Assembly: GCA_977020255.1 (NCBI GenBank)
Contig: CDROCS010001028.1
Location: forward strand, 124,001 to 188,000
Source: Obrimoposthia wandeli
Taxonomy: Eukaryota
Length of the DNA stretch: 64,000 nucleotides
Reading direction: 5' to 3'
The notes beneath the pieces were generated by a model, which saw only the letters and a list, made by a program, of their open reading frames with translations, had not been told where the DNA came from and searched no databases. Both the position numbers and the translations under genes were made by a program. Positions 10,112 to 20,633 of this stretch are shown here, piece by piece (positions within the stretch are counted from its first letter, which is position 1; each line of letters begins with the position of its first letter).

Positions 10112-11266
10112 ATGAAAAAAGTGGCTTTTATCACTCCAACCTTTCCGGTATTAAGTGAAACATTTATTCGAACTGAAGTAGATGCAATAAATGCATGTGG
10201 TCATGACGTATGTGTTATGACATTTGAAAAAAATAAAACTGATTATGCTTTTAACTATGCTATTTATAAAATTGGCGATGTTTTTAATACTCACTTTTTA
10301 AAAAAATTAAGCCCTCGTAAAATCATTGATTGTTTAACGTTCATTTATTCACAACAGTCTATGCCTAAAATATCTTTGTTTTGGTGTAGCTTAAAAATGG
10401 CGTCTCAAATGGCAAAGCACAATGTTCAACATATTCACGCGCATTTTGCTCAACATACCTGTTCTCACGGTATTGCTGCAGCCAAACTGATGGGCGTTTC
10501 ATGTTCTTTTGTTGCTCATGGTCATGATGTGTATGAGTTTCCTTTTGATCTTGATTTGAAAATTAAACATAGCGATTTCGTTGTCGCTGTTTGTAATGAT
10601 ATGCAAAATGATTTTAACAAGACCGCTGACGGCAATATTAAATTACTCCACTGTGGTGTGAAAACCCAACTATTTAAACCCCATACAAAACAAGATCAAG
10701 AGACAATCAAGCTCATTTTTATTGGGCGGTTAGTTGAACAAAAAGGTGTTAAGTATTTACTTGATGCGTTGAAACCCTTATGTGGACACTATCCTATTAC
10801 TTTAGATATTATTGGTAATGGTGAGTTATTAAAACCATTAAAAGAACAAGTTGCTCAACTTGGTTTAGCCCCTTATGTGCGATTCTTAGGCTCAAAACAA
10901 CCAAACTGGATCCAAGAGAACTTAGCTTTTTATGATTGCTTGGTAGCACCGTTTTGTTTTTCACATTCAGGATGTGTAGATACAGGCCCTGTCGTCTTGA
11001 AAGAGGCCATGGCTGTCGGTATACCCGTTATCACAACCAACATTATGGGCTGCAAAGAAATAGTAGCGCCTAATACGGGGTACTTAGTCAGAGAAAAAAG
11101 CGTACTCGATCTAACAAGGGTTATTAAAGAGTTTGTATCATTACCCATAGAACGAAGAATAGAAATGGGGATTTTAGCGCGGAAAAATGTAGAACTAAAT
11201 TTTGATGCATTGAAACAGGCGAAGGTACTTTCAAATTGGATAGAAACGCACACCGTAAATCAATAA
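10112..11266 (+). CDS. GT4 (GT-B) glycosyltransferase, WcaL-like
   Basis: FPVLSETFI, HIHAHF, GRLVEQKG and DTGPVVLKEAMAVG motifs. Confidence 0.9.
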   Translation: MKKVAFITPTFPVLSETFIRTEVDAINACGHDVCVMTFEKNKTDYAFNYAIYKIGDVFNTHFLKKLSPRKIIDCLTFIYSQQSMPKISLFWCSLKMASQMAKHNVQHIHAHFAQHTCSHGIAAAKLMGVSCSFVAHGHDVYEFPFDLDLKIKHSDFVVAVCNDMQNDFNKTADGNIKLLHCGVKTQLFKPHTKQDQETIKLIFIGRLVEQKGVKYLLDALKPLCGHYPITLDIIGNGELLKPLKEQVAQLGLAPYVRFLGSKQPNWIQENLAFYDCLVAPFCFSHSGCVDTGPVVLKEAMAVGIPVITTNIMGCKEIVAPNTGYLVREKSVLDLTRVIKEFVSLPIERRIEMGILARKNVELNFDALKQAKVLSNWIETHTVNQ

Positions 11267-11584
11267 AAGCGAGTACGAACAGTGCTTTTCAAGCTCGTTT
11301 TACCTAAACCGCTCCTGCTACTATCTAACTATTTATTTACTCGCAGGCACCGCGAATTATTTAGCTATTCATGCCCATGCTGGACGTACACAAAGCAATA
11401 AAATGGATACTAATTGGGTTCAGATTACGGCTAGCAGTTTAAGTGAGGCGTAAAATAGTGCCACTTATTGCAGGCGCTATGGCATTGATTACATAATTTA
11501 AGTGAAACCACACGCATATGTTTATTTCCCAAATGAATTAATTTGTTATTTGAAATATCCTTCAAAAATCAATTTGGAGTTCTT

Positions 11585-12439
11585 ATGTCAAGTAATAAGT
11601 TTAAGTGCCTAAGTTTACGCAAAAAAAATAAAAGGGATGCGTGTTTGAAAAGCATTCAAGTTAAAGATATTGATCTCTATATCCTTAATGCCCCTCAATT
11701 GCATGCGTTATGGGTAGAAGATAAAAAAAGAAAAGGCGTTAGTAACGAGGAAATCTCAAGCAAATTAGAAATACTTGGTCTTAGCTTTGCTGGTGTTGTT
11801 AGCTCAAGAGGTAATCTAGGACATGAACTTAAAGCCCTCACAGCTCTTGCCTTAGATATGAAAAAAGGGGGATCAATATTAGGTGCCTATGAAATAAAAA
11901 AACAAGCTTCTAAAAGTTATATAACCTTTAAAGGTAACCATAACCTCAGAAATATAGTGAAAGGGACTAGATATCTTGCATCAAATACTAAGCTTATTGC
12001 ATTAGGTATTGGAAAAGCAGGCCTTAAGGCTTCATCTAAATCTGGTGTTTTAGTTACAGTAATATATTCAGTTCCATATCGGACACTTGAATTATTTGTA
12101 AAAAAGGATTACTTGATAAATAACTGGGCTGTGAACGTATCCTCTGACATAATCAAAGCTTCTATTTCAGCGTGTTTTGGCTACATGGTGGCTTCTAGTC
12201 TTATTGCTACATCAGGTATTGTTGTGCTTCCCGTTGCTGCTGGTATCGTAGCTGCTTTATTTGTTGGTGAATCTCTAAGTTATATTGAAGACAGGTTTAA
12301 ATTAAAGGAAAAGTTAGTAACGGTATTGAACTCTTATGTTGAAGAAAGTGCACTTGATGAGGTAGATAGGATTGTCAATCGTCATTCTGCAATGAAATCG
12401 CATCAACAGATTAGAAATTCGGCTATCAGGGTTTATTAA
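11585..12439 (+). CDS. Putative membrane-disrupting polymorphic toxin, Tme-like
   Basis: ITFKGNHNLRNIVKGTRYLASNTKLIALGIG segment, then SDIIK (DxxK) and C-terminal hydrophobic Gly/Ala helices; AT-rich; directly followed by a DUF1240-like gene. Confidence 0.6.
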   Translation: MSSNKFKCLSLRKKNKRDACLKSIQVKDIDLYILNAPQLHALWVEDKKRKGVSNEEISSKLEILGLSFAGVVSSRGNLGHELKALTALALDMKKGGSILGAYEIKKQASKSYITFKGNHNLRNIVKGTRYLASNTKLIALGIGKAGLKASSKSGVLVTVIYSVPYRTLELFVKKDYLINNWAVNVSSDIIKASISACFGYMVASSLIATSGIVVLPVAAGIVAALFVGESLSYIEDRFKLKEKLVTVLNSYVEESALDEVDRIVNRHSAMKSHQQIRNSAIRVY

Positions 12440-12450
12440 GTTTGCTAAAG

Positions 12451-12987
12451 ATGAAGACTGAATTTAAAATCATTATTATCATTTTAGTTCTAGCTGCACT
12501 TTTTGTGTTTTCCTCATACTTATTAATTGATGGTGGAGGTACTCTATCGTTAACAGATCAAATAACGTTAGGGTATGAAGTTATTTATATGGATGTATCA
12601 TATATGACTTTCATATCAGCAGTGATCTCCATTCCATTCATTATTATAGCTATAATCATAGTAAACCATTGTCGTGAAACAAATAAAAACCTAACCTCAT
12701 ATAGGCGATTTTTTCTTATATCAACTGTGGTTGTTTTATTGTCTCTTAGTATTAATATTCCTGGCCGAAGTTTAGAAGCCATGAGAGTTACTAGCATCGT
12801 TGAAAATAAAGGTTATATCAAGTGTCCAACTTTTACTTTACTCTTTGGTGTAAAGACAGTTGATGCGTTTGCTAAAAAGTTGAATTATTGTCATGAACCA
12901 GAGATTATGCGAATTGCACAATATGGGTACATGGACGAGCTAGAGACAATAGATTTATTTATCAAAAGGACAGCATCTGAAAAATAA
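12451..12987 (+). CDS. DUF1240-like membrane protein, putative immunity (Tmi-like)
   Basis: Three hydrophobic helices and a C-terminal KGYIKC...YC motif; alternative TTG start at 12442, two bases after the upstream stop. Confidence 0.6.
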   Translation: MKTEFKIIIIILVLAALFVFSSYLLIDGGGTLSLTDQITLGYEVIYMDVSYMTFISAVISIPFIIIAIIIVNHCRETNKNLTSYRRFFLISTVVVLLSLSINIPGRSLEAMRVTSIVENKGYIKCPTFTLLFGVKTVDAFAKKLNYCHEPEIMRIAQYGYMDELETIDLFIKRTASEK

Positions 12988-13079
12988 TCATAAGCAGCTC
13001 ATTTTTAGGTTCTCATATCGCTGATAGACAAGCTACTCACATAATACGCCACTCTTTTGCTAATCATTTTATGATGAAA

Positions 13080-13101
13080 AAAGGGGCTAAATAGCCCCTT
13101 T
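13080..13101. terminator. Bidirectional intrinsic terminator after tdh
   Basis: AAAGGGGCTA-AA-TAGCCCCTTT perfect hairpin. Confidence 0.8.
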
Positions 13102-13120
13102 AGAAAAATCGTCTTTTATC

Positions 13121-14152
13121 TTATTCCCAATCGAGAATAACTTTACCTGACATGCCTGAACGCATCATGTCAAAGCCTTTTTGGAAATCATCAATTTTGT
13201 AATGGTGCGTGATAATTGGTGTTAGATCTAAGCCTGATTGAATCAAGCTTGCCATCTTGTACCAAGTTTCAAACATTTCACGACCGTAGATACCTTTAAT
13301 AACCAAGCCTTTAAAAATAACTTGAGTCCAATCTACTGCCATATCTGATGGTGGAATACCCAACAACGCCACTTTACCGCCGTGGTTCATGTTCGCTAGC
13401 ATGCCGTTGAATGCTGATGGTACGCCAGACATTTCTAAACCAACGTCAAAACCTTCTGTCATGCCAAGTTCAGACATTACATCTTCAAGTTTTTCGTTTG
13501 CTACGTTAACAGCGCGAGTTACGCCTATTTTACGAGCAAGATCTAGACGGTATTCGTTCACATCGGTGATCACAACATGGCGGGCGCCAACGTGTTTTGC
13601 TACCGCTGCAGCCATAATACCGATAGGTCCAGCACCTGTAATTAGCACATCTTCACCAACAAGGTCGAATGAAAGTGCAGTATGAACAGCATTGCCAAAC
13701 GGGTCGAAGATTGATGCTAGATCGTCAGAGATGCCTTCAGGGATCTTGAACGCATTGAATGCAGGAATAACCAAAAATTCAGCAAATGCGCCATCACGGT
13801 TAACACCAACACCTGTCGTATTACGACAAAGGTGTGTACGACCACCACGACAATTACGGCAATGACCACATGTAATATGACCTTCGCCAGATACACGGTC
13901 ACCAAGCTCAAAACCACGAACTTCTTGGCCGATGCCAACAACTTCGCCAACATATTCGTGACCAACAACCATTGGAACAGGAATCGTCTTTTGTGACCAT
14001 TCATCCCAGTTGTAAATATGCACATCTGTACCACAAATAGCGGTTTTCTTAATACGAATAAGTAGATCATTATGGCCCATTTCAGGCTTATCTACTTCAT
14101 TCATCCAGATGCCTTCTTCAGGCTTTAGTTTTGACAGCGCTTTAATTTTCAT
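13121..14152 (-). CDS. tdh: L-threonine 3-dehydrogenase
   Basis: ICGTDVH, GHEYVG, the CGHCRNC Zn-binding motif and GAGPIG; adjacent to kbl. Confidence 0.97.
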   Translation of the reverse strand: MKIKALSKLKPEEGIWMNEVDKPEMGHNDLLIRIKKTAICGTDVHIYNWDEWSQKTIPVPMVVGHEYVGEVVGIGQEVRGFELGDRVSGEGHITCGHCRNCRGGRTHLCRNTTGVGVNRDGAFAEFLVIPAFNAFKIPEGISDDLASIFDPFGNAVHTALSFDLVGEDVLITGAGPIGIMAAAVAKHVGARHVVITDVNEYRLDLARKIGVTRAVNVANEKLEDVMSELGMTEGFDVGLEMSGVPSAFNGMLANMNHGGKVALLGIPPSDMAVDWTQVIFKGLVIKGIYGREMFETWYKMASLIQSGLDLTPIITHHYKIDDFQKGFDMMRSGMSGKVILDWE

Positions 14153-14285
14153 TTTTTATTCGCTTACATCTGAATACTGTTTACGGGAAGACGCTTAGCC
14201 TTATACCCTACTTCAGCATTATAAAGAATACTGTTACCTCTGAACTAACCAGAAGCACGTTATGGAAAACTGAATTAGTCGGATA

Positions 14286-15497
14286 TTAAATAATGCCCAT
14301 GCCTTTACCGACTTCGATGAATACATCGATAGCACGGTCAAGCTGCTCTGGTGAATGCGCCGCAGACATTTGCGTACGAATACGTGCTTGGCCTTGTGGT
14401 ACAACAGGGAAAGAGAAACCTACAACGTAGATACCTTTTTCTAGTGCACGCTCAGCAAATTCAGCCGCTACTTTCGCATCACCCAACATGATTGGGATGA
14501 TCGCGTGATCAGCACCAGACATTGTAAAACCAGCTTCTGTCATACGTGCACGGAAATGTGTAGAGTTTTCCCATAGGCGTGTACGTAAATTGCCGCTTTC
14601 AGCCAATAAATCAATAACTCGAATAGAAGCAGAAACAATTGCAGGAGCAACTGAGTTAGAGAATAAGTACGGACGCGAACGCTGGCGTAACCATTCAATC
14701 ACTTCTTTCTTACCTGCTGTGTAGCCGCCTGAAGCGCCACCCATAGCTTTACCCAATGTACCCGTGATGATATCAACACGATCAATTACATTGTGGTACT
14801 CATGTGTACCACGACCATTGTCGCCCATGAAGCCAACTGCGTGTGAATCATCAATCATCACAAGCGCGCCGTACTTATCTGCAAGGTCACAAATAGCAGG
14901 AAGGTTAGCCACTACGCCATCCATAGAGAACACACCATCAGTAACGATTAGTGTATGACGGATACCCGCTTCTTTTGCAGCAATTAACTGCTGCTCAAGC
15001 TCTACCATGTTGTTATTTGCATAACGGAAGCGCTTAGCTTTACATAAACGTACGCCATCAATGATCGATGCGTGGTTTAGCGCATCAGAAATGATCGCGT
15101 CTTCTGGGCCTAATAATGTTTCAAACAAACCCGCGTTCGCATCAAAGCAAGAGGTATAAAGAATTGTATCTTCAGTACCTAGGAACGTAGATAGTTTTTG
15201 TTCTAGTTCTTTGTGAGAATCTTGTGTACCACAAATGAAACGTACCGATGCCATGCCAAAACCATGTGCATCCATACCTGCTTTCGCAGCTTCAATTAAT
15301 TCTGGGTGGTTAGCTAAGCCAAGGTAGTTGTTAGCACAGAAGTTCAGTACCTCTTCGCCGCTATCAACGCCTTCTTTGTTAAGAATAGAAACAGCCGCTT
15401 TTTGCGCTGACGTAATAATACGTTCAGACTTGTACAAGCCACCAGCTTTAACATCTTCAATTTGCTGGTTAATTTGTTCGTAGAATGCAGCAGACAT
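14286..15497 (-). CDS. kbl: Glycine C-acetyltransferase (2-amino-3-ketobutyrate CoA ligase)
   Basis: [32 protein letters not shown] and GTLGKAMGG (PLP lysine); start MSAAFYEQ at 15497. Confidence 0.97.
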   Translation of the reverse strand: MSAAFYEQINQQIEDVKAGGLYKSERIITSAQKAAVSILNKEGVDSGEEVLNFCANNYLGLANHPELIEAAKAGMDAHGFGMASVRFICGTQDSHKELEQKLSTFLGTEDTILYTSCFDANAGLFETLLGPEDAIISDALNHASIIDGVRLCKAKRFRYANNNMVELEQQLIAAKEAGIRHTLIVTDGVFSMDGVVANLPAICDLADKYGALVMIDDSHAVGFMGDNGRGTHEYHNVIDRVDIITGTLGKAMGGASGGYTAGKKEVIEWLRQRSRPYLFSNSVAPAIVSASIRVIDLLAESGNLRTRLWENSTHFRARMTEAGFTMSGADHAIIPIMLGDAKVAAEFAERALEKGIYVVGFSFPVVPQGQARIRTQMSAAHSPEQLDRAIDVFIEVGKGMGII

Positions 15498-15700
15498 AGT
15501 GTTCCTCACATTTATTATATTTTGGGGAAATGGCTATCCAGTGAAAGACTTACCCAACGAATACCTTACAAACTCGCTAAGGGTACTTAACACTCATCAC
15601 GATGGTGATTAGCTAAAAATCGTGCAATTAACTCTTCGATTAACTTTAATCATTCTAATTCAAGTGCATTACAACTATTATCCCCTTATATGGAAAATGA

Positions 15701-16636
15701 TTGTTGAACCTGAGGCACAAATCTGTGGATACGAACAAATTGATTGCTGTAATGCCCGACCTTGCCGTCTTTATTATTGTTGTTGATGAAGGCAGTTATA
15801 CCGCGGCAGCAAAGAAGTTAGGTGTTACTCCATCAGCGCTCAGTAAACAAATTTCTCGTCTCGAAAAAGCCCTTTCAGTGAAGCTTTTAGAGCGCACAAC
15901 ACGTAAGTTAATGATCAGTGAATCTGGTACTAAAATTTACGAACAATGCAAAGTTATGACGAATGCCGCAAAACAGGCCGTTGAAATTGCAAGTTCAGAA
16001 CATACTATCCCATCAGGTACATTAACCGTTGCAGCGCCAAAAGCTTTCCTAAGTATAGTATTACAGCCTTTAGTTACGCCTTTTCTGACTCAGTACCCTG
16101 ATATCCAATTAAAACTCAAAGCATCGGACGGTGAAATCGACATTTTATCTGAAGGCATTGATATTGTTTTTCGCTTAACAGAACGCCCATCAGAAGCTCT
16201 AGTAAATAAGAAAATCGGTAAGGTGAACCTTACACTGTGCGCAAGCCCTGAATACTTGGCGCTACGAGGTGAACCTCAAACACCCACAGACTTACGTCAG
16301 CACGATTGCATTTACCTTGGAGAAACGGCTACAGATCATATTTGGGACTTCATTAAAGATGATGAATTTCACAGCGTAAGTGTGACGGGTCGCTACGCCG
16401 TAAACCATTCTCAGATGCGCTTAAAAGGTGTAATAGATGGATTAGGTATAGGTATCTTCCCTGATTTTGTGATTAAACAAGCGTTAGAAAATGGTTCAGT
16501 GAAAGAGGTGTTGAAAGACTGGACAATGAAAGGAAACTATCAGGGAGATATTGCTTTACAGTTTGCTCAGACCAAGTTCATGCCTGCAAGGTTACGGGCA
16601 TTTATCGACTACGTTACTGAACACCTTGCACAATAG
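15701..16636 (+). CDS. LysR-family transcriptional regulator, divergent from kbl-tdh
   Basis: GSYTAAAKKLGVTPSALSKQISRLE helix-turn-helix and LLERTTR; the start may be GTG 15725. Confidence 0.92.
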   Translation: MLNLRHKSVDTNKLIAVMPDLAVFIIVVDEGSYTAAAKKLGVTPSALSKQISRLEKALSVKLLERTTRKLMISESGTKIYEQCKVMTNAAKQAVEIASSEHTIPSGTLTVAAPKAFLSIVLQPLVTPFLTQYPDIQLKLKASDGEIDILSEGIDIVFRLTERPSEALVNKKIGKVNLTLCASPEYLALRGEPQTPTDLRQHDCIYLGETATDHIWDFIKDDEFHSVSVTGRYAVNHSQMRLKGVIDGLGIGIFPDFVIKQALENGSVKEVLKDWTMKGNYQGDIALQFAQTKFMPARLRAFIDYVTEHLAQ

Positions 16637-16778
16637 GCTGTCCTTGTTTCAGAAGCGGTTCAGATACGAAAAGCAACCCTCTTCGCCTTTATTGAGTGTT
16701 TTCACCTATAATCAGATGGGAATTACACTCTAATACGTTGCTAATTCGTACTAGGTTATAAAACTTAGGTGCACACTG

Positions 16779-17222
16779 ATGAAACTATTCATATCTCTGT
16801 TATCTCTCGTTCTGTTTGTGGGAATAAATAATTGTGCTGCCTATCCGGTGGATTCTATGCACTGGAATCATCGAAGCATTCTGTACTTTGCACCAGAGAA
16901 AGATCAGCACGTACAAGAATTCATGAAACAAGTATTAATGAATGAGTGTGTACTGCAAGAACGAGATATAAAAACCGTTATTATGACTCGCGACGGTTTT
17001 AACCAACCCTACAACTTTTTTAGCCCAGAAGAAATTAACCATCTTCAGAAAAAATATAACATTCCCAAAGAACACCATACTGGCATTCTTGTTGGTAAAG
17101 ATGGCTTAGAAAAACACCGCTGGAATGAAAAAACAAATTGGTTACAGCTCACTGAAATTGTTGACCGTATGCCATTAAGAAAAGAAGAAATGCGCCATCA
17201 AGCGAGCCGCTGCCAAATCTAA
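16779..17222 (+). CDS. DUF4174-like exported protein
   Basis: Signal peptide, WNHRSILYFAP, ILVGKDGLEK and IVDRMPLRKEEM motifs. Confidence 0.75.
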   Translation: MKLFISLLSLVLFVGINNCAAYPVDSMHWNHRSILYFAPEKDQHVQEFMKQVLMNECVLQERDIKTVIMTRDGFNQPYNFFSPEEINHLQKKYNIPKEHHTGILVGKDGLEKHRWNEKTNWLQLTEIVDRMPLRKEEMRHQASRCQI

Positions 17223-17342
17223 TCGTCAGATTCTGCTGATCCAATTGGGTTGTTACACGTGTTTTCTACGCCTAACGTCTACTCCTTCCATTTTTGAACC
17301 AAGGTGGATTTTTTTCTCGTCAAAAAACGGTAGATTAGAAAG

Positions 17343-17411
17343 ATACCCAAGCTACCTCAAGATGCAGAATTCAGAGTGAGCTCAGCGAGCATCTTGAAGT
17401 AACTTGGGTAT
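17343..17411. repeat. 69-bp palindromic interspersed repeat (ERIC/MITE-like)
   Basis: Arms ATACCCAAGCTACCTCAAGATGC and GCATCTTGAAGTAACTTGGGTAT are inverted complements at 21 of 23 positions. Confidence 0.8.
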
Positions 17412-17464
17412 TACCTAAAGCACGCACAACACTTCCAATTCAGTTTCAGGCAGAGATAACTACA

Positions 17465-19330
17465 ATGAAAAAGCCATTTCTTTACCATGGACAGGATAGC
17501 GCCTGGCTTACCTCTACAGACAACACGCTTAACGTCACAATGGTCAGTGACGCTGACACACTAATATCAGCTATCTTCATTCGATGTGAACCCGATAATG
17601 AAGAGCTATTAATTGATATGGAACGCGGTAGAACCCAAGGCCGTCTGCAATACTGGCATGGTAAATTACCGATCAATTCAGATAAAGACACCACTTTTTA
17701 TGCCTTTAAAGTGATGCAAAACAGTCGTCAATGGTGGCTACACGGTTGTGGCGTATCACCACGCGTACCGGGTAAAGAAAAACACTTCAAATTCAATAAC
17801 CAGCACCAACCACCTGCGTGGGTTAAAGAGCAGGTTTTCTATCAAATATTCCCCGACCGTTTTTCAAATGCGAATCCAGCAATCAGTGTTCAATCTAATG
17901 AATACTGTTTACGCGGCACAGAAAAACCAACAGTCGCCAAGGCGTGGGGTGAATCTGCATCAAATCATGAATCTAGTGGACCAAGCGAATTTTTCGGGGG
18001 CGACTTACAAGGTATTAGCAATAAGGTTGATTACTTACAAGAATTAGGTGTGACCGCGCTATATTTAAATCCGATATTTACCGCGCCCAGTAATCATAAA
18101 TACGATACAACGGATTACCTCAATATCGATCCTCATTTAGGCACGAATGAGCAATTTGCCAACATGGTGGCAGATCTACATCAACGTAATATGAAGATTA
18201 TGTTAGATGCCGTGTATAACCACACCTCAGTCGACCACCCTTGGTTCGATATGTATCAACGCAATACCGCAGACCAAGCGGTGGGCGCCTACGATCACCC
18301 TAACTCAACTTACCGTCAGTATTATCAATTTACCGATAACAGTAACGAATACGTTGGCTGGAATGGTATATCAACACTACCTAAACTGAATTTTTCTAAT
18401 CCTGAAGTACAGGATTATATCTATGCGGGTGACGACGCTGTAATCAAACACTGGCTAAAACCGCCCTATAATATTGATGCATGGCGTTTTGATGTTATCC
18501 ATATGCTAGGTGAAGGCAAAGGAGCACGTAACAATGCCCATTTTGTTAAATCCTTCCGCAATGCAGCCAAATCGGTCAACCCTGATTGCTATGTGTTAGG
18601 CGAACATTTCTTTGAAGCGTCTAACTGGCTTCAAGGTGATCAAGAAGACGGTGCGATGAACTATTACGGTTTTGCTCACCCTCTTCGTGCCTTTTTTGCC
18701 CAAAAAGACATTGCCTATCACGCATGCCAAATCGATGCTGAACAATTAGTGGAATGGCTAAATGAAGCCCGTACAAAATTACCGTGGTTGAATCAGCTCT
18801 CTCAGCTTAACCAGCTAGATAGCCACGATACAATGCGTTTCTTAACCATGGTGGATAACAACACAGAAACGATGCACCTAGCATTAATGATGCTTTTTGC
18901 TTATGTCGGCACGCCGTGTGTTTACTACGGTACAGAAGTTGACTTACAGGGCGGTCAAGATCCCGATAACCGTCGTTGTTTCCCTTGGGAAAGAACAGAG
19001 CAAGAACAAAAACCACAAACATTCAGTTACCTGCAACAACTCATTGCGGTAAGAAAGTCATCAACAGCCCTTCAATCCGGCAGTGTTCAGTGGCTATTAG
19101 CTGAGAACCAACATTTTGCCTTTGCGAGAACGACTGAAACCGAGCAAGTTATTTGCCTTATTAATAACAGTGAATCTGCTAAAACGCTGCATTTACCCAT
19201 TTGGCAATTAGGTATTGAATCGGGTTCTTTACACGATCTATTAACTGATGATGAATGGCATATTAGCGACGGAATTGTATCTGTTACATTGGCGGGTAAA
19301 GAAGGAATCTTACTGACAGCCAGCGAATAA
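17465..19330 (+). CDS. malZ: Maltodextrin glucosidase (GH13)
   Basis: FYQIFPDRF, GGDLQGI, NHKYDT, WRFDVIHMLGE, GEHF and LDSHDT catalytic motifs. Confidence 0.92.
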   Translation: MKKPFLYHGQDSAWLTSTDNTLNVTMVSDADTLISAIFIRCEPDNEELLIDMERGRTQGRLQYWHGKLPINSDKDTTFYAFKVMQNSRQWWLHGCGVSPRVPGKEKHFKFNNQHQPPAWVKEQVFYQIFPDRFSNANPAISVQSNEYCLRGTEKPTVAKAWGESASNHESSGPSEFFGGDLQGISNKVDYLQELGVTALYLNPIFTAPSNHKYDTTDYLNIDPHLGTNEQFANMVADLHQRNMKIMLDAVYNHTSVDHPWFDMYQRNTADQAVGAYDHPNSTYRQYYQFTDNSNEYVGWNGISTLPKLNFSNPEVQDYIYAGDDAVIKHWLKPPYNIDAWRFDVIHMLGEGKGARNNAHFVKSFRNAAKSVNPDCYVLGEHFFEASNWLQGDQEDGAMNYYGFAHPLRAFFAQKDIAYHACQIDAEQLVEWLNEARTKLPWLNQLSQLNQLDSHDTMRFLTMVDNNTETMHLALMMLFAYVGTPCVYYGTEVDLQGGQDPDNRRCFPWERTEQEQKPQTFSYLQQLIAVRKSSTALQSGSVQWLLAENQHFAFARTTETEQVICLINNSESAKTLHLPIWQLGIESGSLHDLLTDDEWHISDGIVSVTLAGKEGILLTASE

Positions 19331-19446
19331 AACACAAATAGAGGTTAAGTGTGTTTTTCTAACCATTTATCTATCACAAGGTTATGCGGACTGCATACTC
19401 ATAGTCGCAACGCATCAGCTGATTCAGCACACACTAAGAGGTTCTT

Positions 19447-20574
19447 ATGACAATTGAACGTTATATCGGCATTATGTCTGGCACTAGTATGGATGGTGTT
19501 GATACCGTTTTGGTTGAAATTGAAGAAAATAGTATCCGTTTAATAGGCGAAAATTCTTTTCCTATGGGTAAAGACCTTAAACAGGCATTACTTGATATTT
19601 GCCTTGGTCAATCCACCAATTTGCAAGCAGTTGGAGAGCTCGATCACCGACTCGGGCATTTATTTGCGGATGCTGTTCTCGCATTGTTAAAGAAAACCGG
19701 TATATCTCCAGACTCTATTACTGCGATTGGAAGCCACGGACAAACCGTCTTTCATTCACCAGAAACGCAATACGCTTTCACCATGCAACTTGGTGATGCC
19801 AATATTATTGCGGCTAAAACACACATTACAACCATCGCGGATTTTCGCCGAAAAGACATGGCTCTCGGCGGGCAAGGCGCACCACTCGTTCCTGCTTTTC
19901 ACCAACAGCTCTTTAGTTCTCTTGATACAACACGTGTCATTCTCAATATTGGCGGCATTGCTAACATAACAGTGCTTACGCCTAATCAACCTGTAACAGG
20001 TTACGATACTGGCCCTGGTAACATGTTAATGGACGCATGGATCCACCAGCATAATGGCGAACAATATGATGCTAATGCAAAATGGGCAAAAACAGGCACT
20101 GTAAACGAAATACTATTAGAAAGATTGCTCAACGAGCCTTACTTCAAGCAGCCAGCACCTAAAAGTACAGGTCGTGAATTATTTAATTTACCGTGGTTAA
20201 AACAAAAGTTATCAGGTTTAGATATACCCGCAGAAGATGTACAAGCAACTTTAGCTGAGTTTACTGCAGTCACCATTACAAATGATGTCATTACATATCA
20301 ACACAATGAAAAGCCTGAATTATCAACCAAACAGGAATTGTTAGTCTGTGGCGGTGGTGCGCATAATCCATTATTAATGGCGCGTTTAGCAGCACGATTA
20401 CCCAAATGGCAAGTGATGACTACAACAGACCGCGGGGTAGATAGCGATAATATGGAAGCCATGGCTTTCGCGTGGTTAGCTTATCGAACACATCATAATA
20501 AACCGGGAAATTTACCAGAAGTAACTGGTGCTTCTGGATTAACAAGCCTAGGAGCAATTTACCCAGCGGCGTAA
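19447..20574 (+). CDS. anmK: Anhydro-N-acetylmuramic acid kinase
   Basis: GIMSGTSMDGVD, IGSHGQT, GGQGAPLVP, YDTGPGN and KSTGRELF motifs. Confidence 0.96.
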   Translation: MTIERYIGIMSGTSMDGVDTVLVEIEENSIRLIGENSFPMGKDLKQALLDICLGQSTNLQAVGELDHRLGHLFADAVLALLKKTGISPDSITAIGSHGQTVFHSPETQYAFTMQLGDANIIAAKTHITTIADFRRKDMALGGQGAPLVPAFHQQLFSSLDTTRVILNIGGIANITVLTPNQPVTGYDTGPGNMLMDAWIHQHNGEQYDANAKWAKTGTVNEILLERLLNEPYFKQPAPKSTGRELFNLPWLKQKLSGLDIPAEDVQATLAEFTAVTITNDVITYQHNEKPELSTKQELLVCGGGAHNPLLMARLAARLPKWQVMTTTDRGVDSDNMEAMAFAWLAYRTHHNKPGNLPEVTGASGLTSLGAIYPAA

Positions 20575-20587
20575 TATCAATAATGAA

Positions 20588-20630
20588 AAGCTCAAGTTAC
20601 GGTGGAAATAACGACTAACGACTTGAGCTT
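20588..20630. terminator. Hairpin between the convergent anmK and bcsC genes
   Basis: AAGCTCAAGT ... ACTTGAGCTT inverted repeat with A- and T-rich flanks. Confidence 0.65.
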
Positions 20631-20633
20631 ATT

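Noticed and set aside
11370-11500. Short reading frames upstream of the Tme-like gene (MDTNWVQITASSLSEA*...)
   Set aside because: Too short and interrupted to support as a gene or as a delivery-domain remnant without a search.
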